From Octopus sinensis (Eukaryota), in contig NW_021832906.1 in assembly GCF_006345805.1 (NCBI RefSeq), positions 1 to 29,604 on the forward strand: a stretch of 29,604 nt of DNA, in the 5' to 3' direction. Every line of letters begins with the position of its first letter. Within the stretch, counting starts at the first letter, position 1. The notes below the pieces were generated by a model. That model was not told the origin of the DNA. It saw only the letters and a list, made by a program, of their open reading frames with translations, and ran no database searches. Positions 22,191-29,604 of the stretch are shown here, piece after piece. Both the position numbers and the translations under genes were made by a program.

Positions 22191-23316
22191 TGATCAAGTG
22201 CAGGTATTCAGATTACCGTTCTTGCATATGTAGGGTGGAGCGAATGCGTTGCTCTGCTTACGGCGCGGGATTGGCCATTAAGCAAAATAAACATGTGCTT
22301 ACGGCATCAAAGGAAGCGGGCGGCACCACAGAAATGGTAAATGGTTTATAACACAAATGAAATCACTTTAAACTTGCTAAAATAATACACAAAGTGGTTG
22401 ATATGATCGGAAATATAATTTCAAAGTGTTTATGGTCTCATAACGAGGATCTGATCAAGGACTTTGCAACTGAAAAAGAAATAGGAAAAAGCGTTTCATG
22501 TATAAATAAAGTGGAATTTTATACAAAAATAAATGTTTCCTGTTTAGTTTTATTTCCTTTTCAAAAATAAAAAAAATACTTTATGGCTTATACTTATTTA
22601 TATTTTGAATTACACACATATGGGAGAACCGAAACCTTTGAAATGCTTATGGCTGCTATGGGCCTTAATCCGGCTCTGCCTACTAACCTTCGGCCGTTAG
22701 CTCGTAAATTATTTTAGTGTAGTCCACTATGTCCAGAGGGTAACTGCCTCCCTTCCACCAGCAGGAAATGGAAACTATTCTTAACCCGACTTTATTGAAA
22801 TGAATATAAATCATTTCGATTTACATATTGAAATATATTCCATAGGTGGTGGTTGTAGTAATATACAAACCTTGATTCTGTCGGCAGCGAAAACCATTCT
22901 ATTTTGGGCGGCCTCGTTAAGTAAGATGAAATACGTATAATCATGCAAACCTGGTATGAATACACGACCGAGCTAATAAACAGTCACTCGACCTGCGAGA
23001 ACCACCAATGAAATCTCGCTCATATCAGGTTTTCTTCAAAAACAAAGTACACATCGTCAGACTGCTAGAATACCTTGAATATACGATTTCACAATCACGA
23101 TTCCTATGGAACTCAACAGCAACGACAGAAAGTGGGGGCTTGCGAGTATTTATTTTATACTTATGTATAAAACTGGTTCAGCCTTTGGAAATGTTGGCGC
23201 GTTCTTATCTGTGTGTTTGTGTGAGTGAGCGAATAAATCGATTCGGCCATATATGAAATTATGTATATACAAGCATGCTTTTTTATTCTTTCTATATACT
23301 TTTACATTTTGTGTGC

Positions 23317-23355
<39 letters not shown>

Positions 23356-23356
<1 letters not shown>

Positions 23357-23850
23357 TACTATGGCAATCCCTCAAGGTCGAGGATGATGGTCTTCGCGCA
23401 AATTAATTGGTGAGTCCGCAGGTGACTGATAAGACCAATTCTTGCTCGAAAAGATCGGTCACAGTGCGGACATCTAGTGCCGGAAAGGAGTGTCGCACAT
23501 AGTTGTTGTTGGCGCTCCTTCAGTCGTCGTCTTTTCTCCTCCAGCTCTGCAGACCTTTTCGACTCGAAATTCGCCGTTCCCTCATGGATGGTGGTTTTCC
23601 AGAGTGGTCTGTTTTTTGCCGTTTCCTCCCAGTTGGTGAAGTCAATATCACACTTTTTGAGGTTCGATTTCAGGGAGTCCTTGTAGCGTTTCTTCTGGCC
23701 TCCTTTTGTACGCTTGCCGTCTTTGAGTTGGGAGTAGAAGATCTGTTTGGGAAGTCGTTCGTCAGTCATTCTAACCACGTGGCCGCTCCATCTTAGTTGG
23801 CCTTTGATGCTGGTCATTTTTGCTTCTTGTAGCACGCTGACCAAATGACC
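23356..23850 (-). mobile_element. 5'-truncated RTE-clade LINE, 3' end with C2H2 zinc finger
   Basis: QLRWSGHVVRMTDERLPKQIFYSQLKDGKRTKGGQKKRYKD...W...W...CPHCDRSFRARIGLISHLRTH, then a stop and short TAGTAG tail running into (TA)n. This is a typical RTE ORF C-terminus. Confidence 0.93.
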
Positions 23851-23992
23851 ATATATATATATATATGTATATATATATTGCGCATGTAGCTTGAAACTCA
23901 TGCCAGAGTCACTCACTGTAAACATTATCAGTAAAATGGAAATCGCCCCCAAAAGCCAGCTCTACTCATTTTTTCAAATATATATATATATG

Positions 23993-24119
23993 TCTGTAGA
24001 AGAGCGTAGGCTCGAAATGTAAAATACTTTTTTTTATTTATTCTGGGCGTTATACTAATACATCTGTTTGTTTTTGTGCACCACCTGTCTTCGTCTTTTG
24101 TTTTTTTTCGTAAACTCTC
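23993..24119 (+). mobile_element. Short dispersed repeat with a degenerate hammerhead-like motif, copy 2
   Basis: Reverse complement of 149-269. 23994-24021 reads CTGTAGA-A-GAGC-gtag-GCTC-GAAAT-GTA. Confidence 0.6.
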
Positions 24120-24130
24120 CCTCCCTATAT

Positions 24131-24161
<31 letters not shown>

Positions 24162-24166
24162 TATAT

Positions 24167-24654
24167 AAGTAAATAAATGGTACAACGAGTACGATATTTA
24201 CTGGAAAATAGCGATCGTAATAAATACGACGCTATTGTATAGCTTCACTGCGTATATACTAGCAAAGACGTGTGTGTGCAACAAACATGAAAAAATTTGT
24301 CTTACCTCTAGGAAGAACATCTGAAAAATGAAAAACCTAGAAACGGATAATGCAGGACCGGTTTCAGACTCTTCAAATACGTTTGACAACGTAGATCTGA
24401 TTTGTCTTCATCAGCTGCATATACGTAGACAAAATTTCAAATATTGCCACATCTATGCCAGTACACTCGTTTGAACGCCAAAACGTTAACAGAACGAGAA
24501 CAGTGAAGAAGTTTCAATGAAAATAATAATGCAATACGAAAGTATTGCTTTCCAGTAAATGATAGCCCGTAAGGGTAAAATTATACAAATAAAAGTAAAT
24601 AAATGGTACAACGAGGTACCGATATTTACTGGAAAATAGCGATCGTAATAAATA
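24167..24654 (-). mobile_element. Retrozyme-like / non-autonomous Penelope-like unit: 426-bp monomer plus about 60-bp terminal direct repeat, containing a hammerhead
   Basis: 24167-24226 and 24593-24654 are the same sequence apart from two 1-nt indels. The unit is flanked by (TA)n on both sides and contains the hammerhead at 24350-24420. Confidence 0.7.
24350..24420 (-). ncRNA. Type I hammerhead ribozyme (minimal stem III, dimer-type)
   Basis: Minus strand: ATGCAG (stem I) CTGATGA AGAC-[insert with inner hairpin tacgtt/gtca/aacgta]-GTCT GAAA C CG G TC CTGCAT (stem I partner). All conserved core nucleotides are present. Predicted cleavage is after GUC, between 24356 and 24355. Confidence 0.88.
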
Positions 24655-24703
24655 TATATATATGTTGCGGATTAACAGGCCTACTAGTGGTTTCCTATAT
24701 GAT

Positions 24704-24746
24704 AACGTTGGTACTTGTCTTCATTTTGGAGACGAGTACCAACGTT
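24704..24746 (+). other. 43-nt hairpin, 20 bp (2 G-U) with a 3-nt loop
   Basis: aacgttggtacttgtcttca-ttt-tggagacgagtaccaacgtt. Confidence 0.8.
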
Positions 24747-24899
24747 CCTATGTGGCAAACTTGACAATTGTTAAGTGACTCTTAGTGCATGAAACTACTG
24801 GCACCCTTGTTTAACCCCCGCAAATAAGAGAATATTTATCCGCCAATACGGTGTTCAGCACCCATTCTGACTTTTCAATAATAGCGTGAGCGTGTTTAT

Positions 24900-25066
24900 A
24901 TATGTATGTAAGCAGGTACACATATATGAATGTATGTATGTATGTATGTATGTATGTATGTATGCATGCATGCATGTATGCATGCATGTATGTATGTATG
25001 TATGTATGTATGTATGTATGTATGTATGTATGTATGTATGTATGTATGTATGCATGCATGTATGTG
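24900..25066. repeat. (TATG)n/(CATG)n microsatellite
   Basis: Direct reading. Confidence 0.95.
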
Positions 25067-25386
25067 TCTCTGCCTAGTCCTTAGTCTTTTTACAGTTCCA
25101 GCCAATAGTTTCGTTTGGTTTCCAAAATTATCGTTCCTAAAAACAGTCTCTAAATACTCTAGATTTAATATTTAACTGTTATCAATAGACAGCCCGCTTC
25201 CGTAGCTTATATCTCGTTAATATAGAATAGCTGAACAAAAGAGAGTCAATTATTTAATTATATTGTATCCAAGCAGAGCATTGAAAGAATTGTCTTCATT
25301 TCAAATGAGAAAGATAAGCGAAGGAAAAGAAAGAGAAAACAAATAAACAGGAACTGACACAGCTCTGTAACATAGATACTCTCCGA

Positions 25387-25600
25387 CTTGTTTCAGTCAT
25401 TTGACTGCGGCCATACTGGAGCATCACCCTCAAGGTTTCTGGTCGAACAAATCGACTCTCAGACTTAATATTTAAGCTTAGCATCTATTCGATCAGTGTC
25501 TTTTGCCGAACCGCTAAGTTACAGGGACATAAACACACCAACGCCCGTTGCCAAGCTGTAATGGGAGACAAGCACAAACACAAGAACACATACAGAGACA
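25387..25600 (-). mobile_element. SINE family A, 3' half
   Basis: cttgtttcagtcatttgactgcggccatactggagca...ttttgccgaaccgctaagttacagggacataaacacacc is the reverse complement of the family A tail. Confidence 0.85.
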
Positions 25601-25604
<4 letters not shown>

Positions 25605-25698
<94 letters not shown>

Positions 25699-25714
25699 TA
25701 TAATATAATATATA

Positions 25715-25747
<33 letters not shown>

Positions 25748-25755
25748 ATGTATTT
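25605..25755. repeat. (CA)n-(TA)n microsatellite
   Basis: Direct reading. Confidence 0.95.
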
Positions 25756-25893
25756 GTGCAAATGAAAGTGAATCCCAACTGTTCATAACATATTTTTGTT
25801 CCTCAACATTGTTTCTGCCATTAATCGTGACAAAGAAAGAATGCGAAAAACTTTTTATGCTTCGTTATGAACAAGTGGCATACTCTGAATATA

Positions 25894-26145
25894 CAGGGCG
25901 TGGTGCAAAAGTAGGTATACAGCTATGATTTTTAAAAAAAACCCTAAAATACTCATTTACTTTTATCAAAAAAATTAAGAATCAACCTCATATTTGATAC
26001 TTTCAGTGTCATTAATCATAATAATACATTTATCATAACTATAATAATAATTTTAGCGTAACTTTTAATCTTTTTGATAAAAATATATGAGTATTGTATG
26101 TTTTATTTTTCATAACTGTATTCTTACTTTTAAGCGCACACCGTG
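25894..26145. mobile_element. Tc1/mariner-type MITE with TA TSD and degenerate ~90-bp inverted arms
   Basis: ta|cagggcgtggtgcaaaagtaggtatacag ... ctgtattcttacttttaagcgcacaccgtg|ta. Inner arms aatactcatttacttttatcaaaaa / tttttgataaaaatatatgagtatt. Confidence 0.7.
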
Positions 26146-26483
26146 TATTTAATATTTATCCTACATTTATAGGTCGTTTCGTTATTTCATACGTCATCGG
26201 AATAGAGAAATAGTAGAAACAAGGTAGTTATTTAGTCAATTATATTATATTGAATGAGTTGACTGATATAATTACCTTCATTTTAAACCAGGAACATACC
26301 GAGAGAGAAAGAAGTGAATTATGTGTTTTTATTGACATTTTAAAACTAGAGATAAAAATAATTTTTCTAAGGTACGAGTTCAAATTCCAATTGAGGAAAT
26401 TATGATATACTCCCATCATCTTTATCATTTTTTTAATATCAACTGAACTTTGTGTAGATTTATATTATTTTCAAACGTAACTA

Positions 26484-26546
<63 letters not shown>

Positions 26547-26547
26547 T

Positions 26548-26701
26548 AGGCGCAAGTGTGATTATGGTTCGCATCCAGGTTCAGTCCCACCGCGTGGCAC
26601 CTTGGGCAAGTGCCCTCTGTTCTAGCCTTGGTCTACCGAAACCTTGCGAGTGGACTTGTTATATGGAAACTGAAAGAAGCCTGTCGTATGTATGTGTGCG
26701 C

Positions 26702-26742
<41 letters not shown>

Positions 26743-26970
26743 TGTCTCTCTCTCTCTGTTTGTCTCGCAGCACCGCTTGATAATGGCTGCTGGTGTGTTC
26801 ACGTCCCCGTAACTTAGCAGTTCGACCAAAGACACTGATAGAACAAGTACCAGGCTTTTAAAAAACGAAACATCGATTCATTAAGTTGATTCACCGACTA
26901 AAAACTCTTAAAGCTTGTGCCACAGCTTGGCCGTAGTGTAATGGCTAGAACAAGTAAAAAGTAAAAGATA
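26548..26970 (+). mobile_element. SINE family A, near full length, diverged
   Basis: ggcgca...ggttcagtcccaccgcgtggcaccttgggcaagtg...gaaactgaaagaagcctgtcgt, (TG)n, cacgtccccgtaacttagcagttcg...aacaagtaaaaagtaaaaga. Confidence 0.9.
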
Positions 26971-27156
26971 CATACGTATATACACACGCATGCAACATAC
27001 GTACAATTATATACACTCGCATACACACACACGCGGGCGTGTGTGTGTGTGTGTGTGTGTGTGTGCCTTTGCTTCTAGTTTGCTACAGGAAGCTAAAGCA
27101 AGTGTTTGCTTCCTCTTTTGATAACCAAACACCAAATAACACACACACACATTTGG

Positions 27157-27252
27157 ACACATTCATAGAATTATGATACATACACACACACACATTCATA
27201 GACTTATAATATACACACGCACATTCATAGTCTTATAATACACACACACACA
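27157..27252. repeat. Minisatellite of three ~30-bp units (cacattcatagacttataatacacacac)
   Basis: cacattcatag occurs three times, each followed by a variant of ttataata and CA repeats. Confidence 0.8.
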
Positions 27253-27383
27253 TATACGGTCCGTTATTTATGTTTGCGTTGTCAAAGTACACAGATGATA
27301 ATAAACAGTCGTGTTGCCTTATCTCTCAAATTAAATATTGCGACCGTTTACTAACAATGTTTCCATCGTTTGTTATTTTTCAG

Positions 27384-27464
27384 GGATTCTTAGAATTGGT
27401 CTCTGTGTGAAGAGTGTTCAACAAGGGTGATAAACCACTTGTTTGAACTCAGGCGAAAGATAAG
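27384..27464 (+). other. Candidate non-coding exon (81 nt)
   Basis: Acceptor gtttgttatttttcag| and consensus donor AAG|gtaagt. All three frames contain stops. Confidence 0.3.
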
Positions 27465-27544
27465 GTAAGTGAATTATATATATATTTATAGATGTGTATA
27501 TTTGTATAGGTGTGTCGTAAGCAAAGTTGTATATGTAAGTCTGT

Positions 27545-27639
27545 ATTATGAACTCATGTAATGTATGTACGTGTATATATATATATGTATATATACGTAC
27601 ACACACATGTGTATATGTATGTATATATATATATGTATA

Positions 27640-27686
<47 letters not shown>

Positions 27687-27785
27687 ACGTACGTACACAT
27701 ATATGTATGTGTGCACGTTTGTATACATATACACACACACACACACACACAATCTATATATATACCTACATATATATATATATAT

Positions 27786-27819
<34 letters not shown>

Positions 27820-28092
27820 ATACATATGTGTGTGTGTGTATGTGTGTGTGTATGCGTGTGTGTGTTTGTCTGTGTATATATACACAGACATATATGTGCA
27901 GATACACCAACGCGCACATACACGCAGCCATATATGATTGCATATATTTGTGCGTGTGTGAGAGAAGGAGAGAGAGAAAGAGCGAGTTTGTGTGTGAGTG
28001 TGTAAGTGTGTAAGTGTGTGTGTGTGTGTGTGTGTGGTGTGTGTGTGTGTGTGTGTGTATGTGTGTGTGTGTATGTGTGTGTGTGTGTAGAT
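27545..28092. repeat. Long compound (TA)n/(CA)n/(TG)n microsatellite field
   Basis: Direct reading. Confidence 0.95.
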
Positions 28093-28664
28093 GTATTTGC
28101 ACGTTTGTATTCACGTATAATTTCTTATTACTGCAAGCAACTATGAAACTTGTAAGAGTTTATATATCTATAAAATCCTCCATATTTATGTCTAAACGAA
28201 GGTTGTGATCATATATTTGCCTACTTGTTCTGTGTTCTCGTAAATATGGTTATGATCGACCTCATATTGTTTCCTGAAATTTCATTCGATTCCAGTGGGA
28301 GAATTACTTCAAACTTTTCATTAACACTATCCAACAAATGTTGAGAGGAATCGTCATGTGACCACGATAATCAATGAACGTATCAATTATATTTCTCATT
28401 TTAGCAACACATACAACACTTGCCTTCATCTTACGCAGGCAACGCAAATCCTGCTATAAAGAGTTGACATTGCTTTGGAACCGTGCGCTTTCAAATATTT
28501 GCAGTTGTTATATATTTTACATATAATTACCTAAAGAACGTGATTCGAATTGTGATTTAGCGTTCAATTGTGTAAAATTGACTTTGTTCCGTGTGATTAT
28601 TGTACGACAAATATTGTTCGGGTCACAATATTTGTATACTTCAATATACACAGAGATATATGAA

Positions 28665-28918
28665 CAAACGCATACATACATACATATATACATACATACA
28701 TACGTACATACATACATACATACATATATATATACATACATACATACATACATACACCATACATACATAATACGACATACATATACATACATACATATAT
28801 ATACATACATACATGCACACATACATACATACATACCTACATACATACATATATATATATATATACATACATACATATATACATACATACATACACATAC
28901 ATATATACATACGTACAT

Positions 28919-28955
<37 letters not shown>

Positions 28956-29058
28956 CATACATACATGCACACATACATACATACATACATACATACATAC
29001 ATACATACATACATACATACATACATACATACATACATACATACATACATACATACAT
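28665..29058. repeat. Long (CATA)n/(TA)n microsatellite field
   Basis: Direct reading. Confidence 0.95.
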
Positions 29059-29604
29059 GGAAAGTCAGATAAATGTTCACATCCAAAGCCAGATAAACGC
29101 ACACAAAGTTCGTCAAACACAGAAATACGCAGATCCTCGCTCACTCTTGTATTTATATATCGAGATGTTTATGTATGCGTAACATATCGAGAAGGAAGAA
29201 GGATTGCATTAATATAATTACAATTTCCTTTACAAGTGTAACAAAAGTGACAAGACAAACACTAAGAACACACAGTTTTAAACAGAAGCTTTCGTACGGA
29301 CAGACTGCAACGAACGGGGAAAATTAAATTAGACTGGGTCATGAGATATTCCTAAGGGCAGCTATAATTGACTTTCACCTAGAGAGTAAACTAAGACCAA
29401 ATAGTCAATTCTTAATATAACATAAGAAGTTAGCTTTCACAAATTTACACGTTCGTCACAAAGATTTAGTATTCAAAAGTCCAGCATCAGAATTCATTGA
29501 TGCACGTGTAACATCCGGAAAGAACAGCGAATATTTATTGTTAATCGATAAATTCTTTCAACCAAGAACGACAGTCGCTCATTCTAACATGGAAATATTT
29601 GGGT

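Noticed and set aside
23477-23796. Plus-strand and alternative-frame ORFs overlapping the RTE fragment
   Set aside because: Shadow frames of the RTE ORF.

Overview
This is AT-rich, repeat-saturated eukaryotic non-coding DNA, either intergenic or intronic. The extreme microsatellite load and the SINE types point to an octopus or other coleoid cephalopod genome (inference, not checked against a database). I found no intact cellular gene, and most ORFs in the supplied track are translated microsatellites. Recognisable content: three tRNA-derived SINE families (about 20 copies or fragments, one full-length with a 17-bp TSD); a full-length but dead mariner (DD34D, 37-bp TIRs); a decayed hAT-like transposase; 3' fragments of an RTE LINE and a CR1 LINE; a Helentron/HINE-like element; several foldback MITEs. 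The most notable feature is a minus-strand type I hammerhead ribozyme with a complete core at 24350-24420. It lies in a 426-bp unit with about 60-bp terminal direct repeats (24167-24654), which resembles a retrozyme or non-autonomous Penelope derivative. A second, degenerate hammerhead-like repeat family lies next to it. The 3.5-6.4 kb region is a nest of inverted repeats that could form long dsRNA if transcribed. All alignments and folds were done by eye, so repeat boundaries are approximate.
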